A DNA stretch of 64,000 bases from Octopus bimaculoides (taxonomy: Eukaryota): assembly GCF_001194135.2 (NCBI RefSeq), contig NC_068982.1, forward strand, positions 75,625,534-75,689,533, given 5' to 3'. Positions 13,448 to 25,579 of the stretch are shown here, one piece after another. Position 1 is the stretch's first letter; each line of letters starts with the position of its first letter. A model generated the notes under the pieces. It did not search any database and was not told where the DNA came from. It saw nothing but the letters and a program-made list of their open reading frames with translations. Both the position numbers and the translations under genes were made by a program.

Positions 13448-13632
13448 TACACACACACACACACACTAAACTTCCACAGAGTTTCTGTCTACCAAATTCA
13501 TCCATGAGGGATTGGTCAACCTGTGGCGATAGTAAAAAGCACTTGCCCAAGATGCCACACAGTAGAACTGAAAGTGAAACTATGGAATTACAAATCACGC
13601 TTCTTATCCACATAGCTATGCCTTCGCCTATA
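12950..13632 (-). mobile_element. Composite SINE C+D with a ~350-bp expanded internal microsatellite
   Basis: Same D tail (12950-13110) and C head (13468-13632) as 2150-2812, but the middle is a TATTA-(CA)n array. Confidence 0.75.
13115..13466. repeat. Punctuated compound microsatellite [(TA)1-4 TT (AC)n]
   Basis: About 16 blocks of variable (CA)n, each delimited by ATATTA. Confidence 0.95.
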
Positions 13633-13711
13633 AGAGTACATATGTCTGCAGAGGGATTTGAACCTGTGATCCTCAGATCACTATTGGATTAGTCTTAAAA
13701 GGCTAAATATT

Positions 13712-14075
13712 CATTTATTCTTTTATTTGTTTCAGTCATTTGACCATGGCCATGCTGGAGCACCATCTTCAAGGATTTTAGTCAAACAAATTGACCCCAG
13801 AACTTATTGTTTCAGCCTAGTACTTATTCTATTGGTCTCTTTTGCTGAACTGCTAAGTTGCAGGGATGTAAACACACCAACACTGGTTATCAAATGCTGA
13901 TGGGGGACAAATACAAAAGGCTTCTTTCAGTTTCCATCTACCAAATCCACTCACAGGGCTTTGGTTTGTCTGAGGCAATAGAAGAAGACACTTGCTCAAA
14001 GTATCATGCAGTGGGACTGAACCCAGAACCATGTGGTTGGGAAGCAAGCTTCTTACCACACAGCCACACCTGTAC
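13712..14075 (-). mobile_element. Composite SINE C+D without microsatellite expansion
   Basis: The D tail joins the C head directly through GGACAAATACAAAAGGCTTCTTTCAG. Other C or D fragments at ~140-262, 6490-6660, 17300-17425, 33545-33640, 43195-43640 and 44160-44310. Confidence 0.72.
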
Positions 14076-15151
14076 CTTTCTGACTAATATTAATTCTAAT
14101 AAATCTAAACTGAAATTTGACAGCACAATTACATTTACTTTTTATTATGTTTTGACATTTGAAAAGGAACAATAGTAAAACAAGACCATTTATGTTGTAA
14201 TAAAGGATGATAAAAATAATGTGGATAACAATGAAACTAGGTTAAAAGCTTCATAGTTGCCTAATTAGGAGCAATAACATTTCTGAGCATCACATAGGAA
14301 GAGGTGTGGCTGTGTGGATAAGAAGCTGGTTTCCAGACCATGTCATCTCAGGTTCAATCCCTTAGTGTGCACTCAGGGCAAGTATCTTCTACTATAAAGC
14401 CAAACTGGTCAAAACCTTATGAGTGGATTTGAAAGATGCTAACTGGAAGAGCTTAGTCGTGTGTGTGTGTGTGGATGGATTTGTGTGAGTGTGACATCCA
14501 GAAAAGGATGGTCTTTGTCATACAGGTGATGTTCAGCTCTAGTCTTCTGTGAAAAATATATCTGACCAAAGGGGATATATTATCTTGCCTACAAATAGGT
14601 GAGAGTTGGTGACAAGCAGCAGGGCGTCTAGCTGTAGAAAACTTATCTCCTTTAACAAATTGCGAGAAAAGTGGATGTTAAAATGACAACAATGATGATG
14701 ATGATGAGAGGAAAACCAGAAAAGGATAATCTTGGAGGAAGCCTGAATCTTGTATAGCAATCTTTGATAGGATGAGAAAGAGAATTTAGAACGGTAAGAA
14801 GAGTTTTCTCTAAATATCAGATATATATGTAGGGTCTGGTCTTGCCAGTCACTTAGAGACCACAGTAATGCCAACACTAAAAAGCACCCAGTACACGCTG
14901 TAAAATGGTTGGCATTAGGAAGAACATCCTGTTGTAGAAACCATGTCAAAGCAGACATTGGAGTTTAATGCAGTCCTCTGACTCACCATCTGTTGAACAA
15001 CCCAACTCATGCCACTATAGAAATTGGATGATGAGACTCATGAAACTAATGTGGAAGAAATTCAACAACTGACCATTAGACTGGTCAAGTGTTGAATTCT
15101 TACACATAAATATAATAAATATATAGAAGGAATAGCACAATGAAAATATAC

Positions 15152-15256
15152 CTTTATTAATTTATCCTGGTGTGCAATAGTTTTCTGGTTCTCAGCCAAT
15201 TCATCCTTCAGTGACTCAGTTGAATCAGATAACCATTTGTCATTTGTCATCTGCTT
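15152..15256 (-). CDS. CIT: CIT-like exon 10 (coiled coil), 105 nt, phase 0-0
   Basis: KQMTNDKWLSDSTESLKDELAENQKTIAHQDKLIK. Acceptor gtgtttctag|AAG (alternative in-frame AGs 3 and 6 nt downstream), donor AAG|gtatat. Confidence 0.82.
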
Positions 15257-17521
15257 CTAGAAACACAAAAATAGTTGAGCCAAAGGAATAATTTGCATAC
15301 ATCTCATTCACACAAACATACATATATGCACACATGCTGCACAGGTTAAATCAACATGGTTTTTAGTAGGATGGCAATTACAGTGACTAAATGCTCTTCC
15401 CAATAGTAAAAATGAAGGTTTTTACAATTGCATAGCCCTTTTTTTTTTAAATAAAAATAAACCAAAAAACAAAACATTGTAGAGATTGTCCTTCAATAGA
15501 AGATAATTTTTACTGTACATTCTCAATCAAAATTTACTGTCAATTTGTTTTCTTGTTTGACAACACAACCAAGTTGCTTTGTTAGCAGTAAGCAGTTTTT
15601 ATGCTTCTGATAAAACACACTTAACACACATATAAAAAAGTAAAAAAAAAAAAATGTGTGGCATTAAATTCTCTGTGACATAAAATATATGAATAGCTGC
15701 TATATAAATTTCTATACCCAATATTAAAAGAAATTAATATAGTCATTTTTACTTTCATAGAAGGCTTGGGAAACAACTTTCAGTAAATTCAGATGCAAAG
15801 TTATCTTCTAATTTCCTACCATTACTAAACTTAAAAGTGCTCTTCTCTACTTTTTTTTGTGGTTCACTGCTAGTTTAACAGTTTCGTATAAGCAGAGTGA
15901 TCTGAAATGTTTGGAGCCACTTAAATATTCCAACAGTTTTTCACATAAATGCTCTATACATATATGTATATATACTTTTTGGTTTTGTTTTGTGTTCTTT
16001 GAACATGATGTTTTTATAGTTATATACATAGCCTAATGACAAAACATCAGAGCTAAGGTAGTGAGATTTGCTTTCAGCAAATGCAAATATCATTCGACAG
16101 CCTGCTGCTGAGAAAACAACAACAAAGTGATGTTTAAAAATAGCTGCTGTCCTCTTTTGATTAATATTTCTTTAAAAAAAATACTAACAATCAAAAGGAG
16201 ATGCTAAGGCTATAGAAGTATGGTGGGTGTGAATTCACGATGCTAAATTTTTAACCACAAACACATGGGTTTAAACATTGATATTATCTCTAATGGAAGG
16301 GTGAGCTTGTCTGTATTGGTATTCTAAGAACTAGAAAGTTATTGAATCAGTTCAAGCCATTAGGCAAAAGTTGAAGTCCCAGTTGACTCAAGAAGGCTCG
16401 TCCTCCACAGCAGAAGTGTTAAAGACATTTCCTTGGTGAAGAGGATTGGCCTGCAAGAGTCCTGTGCCAGTGACATGTAAAAAGCACTTATGTTGGTGCC
16501 ACATAAAAGCACCCGTGCCAGTGCCATGTTAAAAGCACCTAGCACACACTGTAAAGTGGTTGGCATTAGGAAAGACATCCAGCTCTAGAAACCAAGCCAA
16601 ATCAGCAGCTTGCCAGCTCTGGTCAAACCGTCCAGCCCATGCCAGCATGGAAAACTGGTATTAAAAGATGATGATGATGATATATGGTCCAAATATTCTG
16701 CTTTATGTTCAAAACCAGCCAGACCTGGCCTCTCATACCTACCCTACAATTGATGTTCCAAGTATCAGAAATTTATAGAATCAGTTCAAGCCAATAGGTG
16801 AAACTCGAAGTCCCAGTCCACTTGAATTTTACAATGAAATCAAATCTATATACCAGACCATTTTGCTTTCATGACTACTTTGGTGATTAATGAAGAGAAA
16901 TCATGTCTTCATTCAGGAAGCAAGTCCAAGATACTGCAATCAATTCAACAAGTTTCTTATTTCTTATTTTATGAGCCTTTCTGTTGTGGAATAAAATTTT
17001 ATAAGACAGGTACTACTACTACTGGTTTTCTAGCAAGTGATGATCTAGCAATTGTTTTAATCTGGACATAATTATGTGAAAACACTTAAATGTTTTGTGA
17101 CCATTATTAATAACATTTCCACTTCCAAGTCTTCATGGCATCCATCTGTTTATTCATTAGTAACCTGTCATGAAGACAGAATACTCTCACTACATCTGAC
17201 TATAATAATAATATGAATATAATATAAAGCTAAATCTAACACCATGTGCTATATGTTATATACATATATATATGATGAGCTGCTTTCAATTTTTATCTAC
17301 AAAATCGACTTACAAGGCCTTGGTCAGCCCAGGACTGTAGAAGACACTTACCCAAGATATCATGTGGGATTGAACTGAAAACCATGTGGTTGGGAAGCAA
17401 ACTTCTCAACTGCATAGCCATGCCTGGACACACACACACACACACACACGCACACACTCCAGACAGTTTGGTATATATTTCCAATGTATATAAAAATAAA
17501 TCAATAACATTTGCAGCTTAC

Positions 17522-17596
17522 TTTCAGCTGTTCATCAAGCTTTTTCTCCAAATGTATCCTCAGTTTATTCTCATCTTCATATTTCTTGCTCATGTC
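17522..17596 (-). CDS. CIT: CIT-like exon 9 (coiled coil), 75 nt, phase 0-0
   Basis: DMSKKYEDENKLRIHLEKKLDEQLK. Acceptor ttttcattatag|GAC, donor AAA|gtaagc. Confidence 0.82.
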
Positions 17597-17836
17597 CTAT
17601 AATGAAAAACAAAATAATAAAGATTTATTGAGAAGACACCACTGATCTCACAAGTAGCTTTCACTGCCATCATAAGTTGCTAATCCTGGTTTAATTTAAA
17701 ACTTTCTGTTTGCATTAGTCCCTTCCCCTCCAAACCTTTTCTCTTTCTAAATCACAACCACCTTTATTATGATCTGATCAAATTTCATATCCTTTGCTTG
17801 TGACATGACATTGGTTTCATAAAATAGCATTTGGTT

Positions 17837-17839
<3 letters not shown>

Positions 17840-17880
<41 letters not shown>

Positions 17881-17890
17881 NNNNNNNNNN

Positions 17891-17935
<45 letters not shown>

Positions 17936-17964
17936 GAATGCGAGAGAGAGAGAGAGAGAGAGAG
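17840..17964. repeat. (GA)n microsatellite spanning a 10-N gap (17881-17890)
   Basis: Direct read. Confidence 0.95.
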
Positions 17965-20900
17965 GGAAACAGGCAGGCATTTTGTGAGAGTTTAAGACAA
18001 CAAACATGTTTGTGGGAAATGTATTTGATGTAATCCTTCATAACTCAAATGAGACATCAGTAGATTATTGTCAGTACAAATACACTGCTCTATGTATGCG
18101 ATTCTAGTAAATTTCTGTTACATGCATTATTTATTGTGTTTCTAAAATATTTTCCCATATGAATTTTATATTTCTGTATTACGTTTTTTCTTCTTTAAAT
18201 TTTATGCATCCCTCATAAACATGGTTTAGATAATATTCCCCCACCCCAACAAATGTGATTAATTCTCCAAATTATCAGAAAAGCAGGTGTTTTTATAACT
18301 GATGCTCTATTTAACACCCAACAATGCAATTACAAAGAAGGCTCTTAATTTAACCAATTCTGTACTTTTAAAGATGACTATGCTAGAAATATCAAGATAT
18401 CATCTGTATCAAAGTGAGATAAAGAGTGCACACACATGCATATAACGTAATTAGGTTTCATAATCTTAATCTTTCTTTTATCAAGTGCTGCATCTTTTAC
18501 AACAGGAAGTGTTGACTGTATTAATTAGTTCATCATTACACAAGGTACAAATTACAGTTAATCTTATATGTGAACAGATATTGATTACATAATACATGTA
18601 GCAGACAGGACATAGTCAAACAATTCAGTTTTTTATTGTAGCATCTTGCTTTCTGAGTTCAAATCCCATCACAGCCATTTTTACCTTTCATCATCATCAT
18701 CTACCATCCAGTTTTCCTGATTGCATTAGATGGAGTTTGTTCAAATAGAGGTTTCAACATTTGGATACCTTTAGGCAGATGTCTTGTTACAGCCCTAGGC
18801 CAACAAAAATCATGTGAGTGGATTGGTATGCAGAAACTGAAAGAAGCCTGTCATGTGTGTGTGTGTTTGTGTGTGTCTGTCCTTGTATTGATGTTTTGTG
18901 ATAACTGTAAATCAGCATCACCATCATGCAAGCAACTTCCTTTGGTCCTAATCTTCAGTGAAAATATGTCCAGCTAGAAAGAAATATTACCTTACTTGCA
19001 AAGAGGGGAGAGTCGGTGACAGGAAGGGCATCTGGCCACAGAAAAATCTGTCTGACCCATACAAACATGGAAATGTGGACAGTAAAACGATGATGATGAC
19101 GATTTTCATTCTCAGACAAAGGGAGAATGCTTGAATCATTAGATTCTCCACTCTTTACAGATGTCAACTTACCAACTCTCTTATAGATTAATTTTTGTCA
19201 ACAAAGGCCATCTACAGTTTTGCCATAGGACTATAGTATCCATTGGATTCTTCCTTTCTTAAGAGAATAGGGTGTGACTGGAGGGAAATTCGGTTGCTGT
19301 TTCTAGCAGATGAGATCGAAAAAATATCCAAGTTGGTTGTTTTTTGATGGCTAAACAAAGGTAGCACTACTGGCACACCAGAATAGGGTTATGTGTAACA
19401 GTAGCTGCCCCAGCAAAGGCAGGTAGTATCAGATGATTTCTGTTAAAAGCGAAATTCCATTTACATCTAGCATGCTTTATCATCATTATTATTTAAAGCT
19501 CCTCTCTCCATACTGAAATAGGTTGGTGTATTATAGGAGTATTAAAATCAATCCCTGTACATGACTGGTACTTTACAACCCCAGAAGAGAATGAAAGGTA
19601 AAGTTGACATTGGCAGCATTTGAACATAGTGCATAAAGAGCCATTGCAAAATATTGGCATTCTGCCAATACACTACTTATAATTAATTATCAACTCATAA
19701 TTAAAAAAAATTATTCTATCTTTATTGATATAAATTTTCTTTAAACTGATTGTGCTTGCCAGCAGTTCTTAGTTCCTGAAAACTTAGTCACTCAAATGAA
19801 AATGTAGAATCAAATATTTTAATACTTCCTTAATGGCACTTAAACTTATGAGGTTTTCCTGTCCAATAAATGCAACTCTTTTGTCATTATCACCTATTTA
19901 GAAAATAAGATTTCAAAAACACTTCTCGAGTAGATACTTTATATTTTCCTCAATATAAACAGTTTTTAAAATCACTCTAAAATGATTTTACGATCTTTGA
20001 TCTTATTAAAGTGATATTTTTCATTCAGTTAATCAATTATCCATTATATAATGGCAGTAATATCTCACATCAGAGTGGGGGGGGGGGCTTAGATATTTTT
20101 CAGAAAGCAGTTTTGTTGTTGATATTTAAAAAGGAAAAAAAAGAAAAAAAGGAAAAGAAAAGTGAAAAAAACTGCACTTGGCTTCGTTTACCAAACTAGA
20201 CAATAAATACCATTTGAATCTATGATTTATGATTATGGCACAAAGTACTTTCACAACCACGTATATCTATGAGTTGAAAAATGGAAAACAACAAAGAAAT
20301 GAAAGAAAAAAAATGCAAAATTGATTTCTGAGTGTTACTTATCCATATTTACAACAGCACATTCTCTCTTGTTACACTTCCAACCCCTATCTCCAAAAAG
20401 CTCAGTGATAATCATGATGTCTAGCTGGGAGAAAACCTCTACTCGGAATTATCTTCTCTAAAGCTTGTCCAATGTTATCTCAATTGTGAAATCAACACCA
20501 GTTTATTTTATGACTGTACAGTATTCATTTGAAATATAACCAGACATTATGTTGGTTTTACATTATATTATCACAGGAAGATAAACTTTAACCCTTTTAA
20601 TACTCTAGCCAAGACTACCTTGGATCCCATGATGCAAAGTTCCTGTTTTAAAGTGTTCCAAATAAAAACCTTCCTCCAAAATTTCATATTAATTTCTGTT
20701 CAAACACCAGTTTAATAATGGCAAAGTTATTTTTACTAAATTTATTATTTTCAAAATTAATTAAAACAAAGGCAGTCTATTTCAACAGAAATACATTAAC
20801 AAAAGCATTAAAACACTAATGAGAAATGTTCTCAATCCACTTTTACAAGCTTGTATGATTGGGAAGTCCATTTGTAGAAGTATTTTTACAACCACATACC

Positions 20901-21705
20901 CTTCTTGCTACACAATCATGAAGGAATAGCGGAGACTATTTTTGTTCAATTAGAGACACAGGATCTGTGACTTACAAAAAAAGTACATCACAAAGAACTG
21001 TAGTATGACCTGGATTTGCAATTGTGTTCACCTGTATCTTTATCTTTATGATTCTATCACTCCCTTTTCATACACACTCATGAACCTACCTATCTAGCCA
21101 CCCACAATTCTGTTCCCATTCTCTCTTTATCCCCCTTCTTGTACCTTGTGGGTATGCCCTGATACCTCGTCTTCACCATCCTTATTCCTTTTACTGCTGG
21201 GATAGCCATGTATTTCCTCAACAGCAAGACACCCGTTCTTGTCCTTTTTTTTTTCTCGAGGAGTTTTGTTTTGTGTAGTTGTAAGATAAGAGAAAATTCT
21301 AATAATTAGCAGTAATTTACAGCAAAAATTTCAAGAAGTCAGAGGACCAATGGAACCCATGCTTTAATGGCCTCCACTTCCTGGAGCTAGCTGGTCTTGT
21401 ACCTCCACCAGCCAGGCACTCCTCATCCACTCATCTCTCATCACCCTTGGTATATCAATTCCTGCATCAACCAATGTTTCCAATCCTTCTTCTCCAGTAC
21501 ATCATTCCACTGGAATTTTCTAGCTCAGGTGTTTCTTGTCAGTGTTGACCCACTGTAGTTTATACAGAACATTAAAAAATATGCTCAATAAGTAGTACTG
21601 ATCAGTTTTAATACCAGTGTACATGTACAGCAGATTTACAAATTGTGCAGAGTAAAGTAGGGTTAATAACTTAAGAAAAGAGAAAAATGAAAAACACTAG
21701 CTTAC

Positions 21706-21792
21706 CTCAGTAAGTTTCTCTGCTTTATTTAGAAGCTTACCATCATGACAGATGTGGCATTTTGACGTTTTAGCATTCTGATGGTTCAAGTC
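21706..21792 (-). CDS. CIT: CIT-like exon 8, 87 nt, phase 0-0
   Basis: DLNHQNAKTSKCHICHDGKLLNKAEKLTE. Acceptor ttctttcag|GAC, donor GAG|gtaagc. Confidence 0.78.
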
Positions 21793-24700
21793 CTGAAAGA
21801 ATGAACCATAATATATTGTTTAATAATACAATTTAAATCCAATGCTAAACTCAAATTCCTGATTTCAGATGAACCTACAGTTGTATACACAACAAAGACT
21901 TTGTTACTAAGATATATACACTTGGTATGTTTTCAAGAAATCAACTTTTAAATAGATGTTATGTTTTATATGAAGAATACAATGCAACTAAATATTGTAT
22001 TGAGTATTGGTGGGATGAGGTGGTGGAGAGAACAGATTATAAGAATGAGATTAGAGCAATTAGAATTTTTAAAAAATTGAGATTAATATTTAGTAGGAAA
22101 CATATGGAAGTGAGATGTTAGAATGAAAGACTGGGTGCAATATTTGGTGTACGACTTACAACTGCAACACAAACCAAAAATCCCAAGTGTTTCACTTGTT
22201 GCAATAGAAAGAAAGTACTTAGCCTAGAACATGATGATGATCAAGAAAGCAAAGGACCAAAAACTCTTTTACCTCCAAAATTACAGCTAAACTTTCTATT
22301 CCTCTTCCAAGTTAGATACTAATTTCCCAAAACTTCTATTTACCATCCACCACCCATGATAATTCTGAAAGTTACACTTAAAAAATCAATGTTTTTGATT
22401 CTAATTGCAGACTTCACACAATAGAACCCCTTCCCAAACATTCTTCATTCCATCAATTTACTGTGGAAATATTCCCAGTTACTCCAAAATGCAAAGATAG
22501 CTGATTCTGACAATGTTCCTTCTGCTACACACTTTTTAGGACACTCTCTTAGATTATATATATATACCAGTGGCTTCTCACATTGAAAACATTAGGAAAG
22601 GCAACATTGGCCTTAAGATCAACTGAGCCTTCAACTATATCTGCTATGAGAACTTCCTAAGTTAATATCTAGGGACACAACACATCTCTAATGTCTTGGA
22701 TCAGAAGTCTACTGCCAGACTATTCAACTGTAGCATATCTTCCCTAGCAACAACCCTCTGGCATTCTATTCCTTTTAGTGTTTTCACTGTGGGCATCAAC
22801 TTTGAAAAATTCAAGCCAAACGTTAATTTCATTGACCATACAAATGTGGCCTGTACTGATCATGATCACCACTTCTTATAAAAAGAAAAAATCTTTCTAA
22901 TCTTGGCATAAGATAAGCAATTTTGAGAGGATGAGGTAAGTTGATTACATTGACCTTAGTGCTCAACTGGTGCTTATTTAATTCACCCTGAAAGGATAAA
23001 AAGCAAAGTTGACTGGTGGAATTTGAACTCGGAAAGTAAAGAGCAGGAAGAAATGCTACTAAGCATTTTGTCAGATGTGCTGCCAACTTACTACCTTATT
23101 TCTTGCACAAAATAATAAAAACAAACAAACAAAAACAATGTTTTAAGCAAGAGGGATTAAGAGCACAATTTTTAACAGAAATCAGAGTATAGATACAATA
23201 TTTATAAGAAAGAAGTTATTAAAGCAATGGTGAAATTGCAGTAGGAAAATAGGCAGTAAGTTTTTGGTGGTGGATCATTTACTCTTCAAATGGATGTTTT
23301 TTTTTTTCTATCCAATACAGTATAGGCTGTTGATGTTCAAAGAAGGTACACATCACAAAGCTGATTTTGTTACTCCACAGCAAATGAATTTGGGTTTTGT
23401 AATAACAACAATTACTTCTTGGTTCCAGAAAACATGTCCTTGTAGTTTTGGAAATGGTACCAGGAATAGTTGCTATAGATGGTAAATCACAGAATGTATA
23501 AAATTCGGCTGTCTGGAAGTTAGAATATATTAGCAGAAAGTGGAGGTGTAGGGCCAAGCTTTCTGAAATAACGCTCATGGATGGGTGTTGATAATTGAAT
23601 TAACAGTGGTAAAAAAATATGGTGAAGGGTTGCAGTTATAAGTATGAGATAGGAGATACTTAAACTAGTAGTGGACAAGGTGTAAAGAAGAGGAGAAAGT
23701 AAAGAAGATTGTAGAATGCCAAGTACACTACAATTTAATTATGTACTGTTGGTATTTGCAATACATGAAACAGACCCAGAAATTATTTCCAAGTATCACA
23801 GAATTCCACCAAAAGATTTTCCTGTCACAGTTTATCAAAAAGATTTCCAAATATTATCATTAGTTTCTATAACTTGGTAGGTTTTAAGATCAGTTATGTC
23901 CCATCTGGAAATGTGTTGACTCTGGCCTTTAGGTGCATGTATCGGATTTTAATTAGGCAGAAAAAAATATTCAGGTATTTATACTGATATGATGAAGACA
24001 CATACCCTATGGTTAGGGTGATGCATTCACAATCACAAGATCATAGTTTTGATTTTTGAGCAGGATGGTGTGTTGTGTTTTTGAGCAAAACACTTCATTC
24101 TATGTTGCTCCAGTCCACTCGACCATAATTGAGTAACCCTGTGACAGACTAGAGGAATGTCATGACCAGTCATTTATACACCATGGAAACCTGGTAACTA
24201 GTCCTAGGGTCTCAAGACAGTATGTATTGACATACTGATATGAGAATAAATAGGTTTAATCAGTGTAAGCAGTGAGACCACCAGTTTTGAGAAAGAGTTG
24301 AGGTTACCCTAACCCTGGACAGATTTTCATCTTAATTAAAGCCTTAAGTTATGTACCTGTAGTATATATACTACAATATTGATTAAAATTAGCGATAAAG
24401 TAGAAGCCATTTGTCTGTAGTTTTCAGATTAGGAAGCATTCTGAATTCAAAACATCATAGAATCAATGTGAGAAGAATGCAAAAGAATTGTTAATATTTG
24501 ATAGTAAAGCAGGAAGCATAACTTACTGGCATTAGTAGCAGGATACTGGAGATCAAATCATTTTGATTAAGATAGGAAAGGAAGGAGATGACAGAGGAAC
24601 ACTTAGTAAAATGCATAGTAGCCATTTTGAAAGAAAAATTAACATTTTAGCTGGGTGCTGAATAAAAGCCCTTTTTCCACCCAAACAGTTGCTATGAGGT

Positions 24701-25453
24701 GGTTGCAACTGATGATACAATATTAACATTTTGATAACAACATATATCATTTTGAAATTTTCAAAAGTTGTTCTTGTAAAGCAAAATTCTTATGTCAAAA
24801 TTTTCTTTCATAAGGAACACAAAGAGCAAAAATCATTCGTTCCTTCATTTCATTTAAAAGGCTGTTTTTCCATCCGTGATAACATGGCTAAAATGGAAGG
24901 TAACTGAGACAGGATTTTTATGGTTGGATGCTCTTCTTGTTACCAATTCTTACCTGTTATTTCAAGTAATGAATTTTTTTTCTTTTTATTTTCCGAAAAA
25001 TTCAATGTATGAAGCTAGTGAAAGGGTTAATAGGAAATGCCAACAAACAGCACCAGTTGCTATCTGGCCACAGACAGTGACACAACCATTTGTGGTTGAC
25101 ATGCCAACATTGACATCAATGATAGCCATAGTTCAGAATAAGCTGTCAACTTTCATAAGTAAAGATACACACACAAGGGCACACACACACATACATACAC
25201 ATCTATATAACAAGCATCTTTGTAGTTTCCATAAACCAAATCTCATCACAAGGAATTGGTTAACATGGGGCTGTAGTAGAAGATACATACTCAAGGTGCT
25301 GTGCAGAGGCATTGAACCTGAAGCCATATAGTTGAAAAGTGGAAGCCCATTTGTAGAAATAGCACAATGAGAAAAAAAAACCCATTTTGCAAATTTCTAC
25401 CAGAGCAATGCCATTTAAAAGGCAATAAAAAGGTAATATAACCAGAAACATAC

Positions 25454-25579
25454 ATCGATTCGGCCTTGTAAACGTTTAATCTCATCATCCTTAATTTGCA
25501 TTTGATGTCTCCAGCTATCTTCCAAGTTTCTGATCCGTGTATTTTCCCAACGTTGTTCATCCATGGATTTTTTCCTTTC
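25454..25579 (-). CDS. CIT: CIT-like exon 7 (coiled coil), 126 nt, phase 0-0
   Basis: ERKKSMDEQRWENTRIRNLEDSWRHQMQIKDDEIKRLQGRID. Acceptor aatgtag|GAA, donor GAT|gtatgt. Confidence 0.83.

Noticed and set aside
12972-13692. Long His/Thr/Tyr-rich and Cys/Val-rich ORFs (up to 206 aa)
   Set aside because: They are translations of the (CA)/(TA) microsatellite, open in nearly all frames; not a metal-binding protein gene.
16060-16112. Strong-looking minus-strand acceptor ttttctcag|CAGCAG followed by an in-frame TGA (possible poison exon)
   Set aside because: No convincing downstream donor; such acceptor-like strings are common in AT-rich introns.
22400-23900. Very degenerate RT-like words (W-SHIENIRK on plus; DIWKSFDKL and GVTKS on minus)
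   Set aside because: Possibly ancient LINE debris, but motifs are too eroded and their spacing and orientation are inconsistent.
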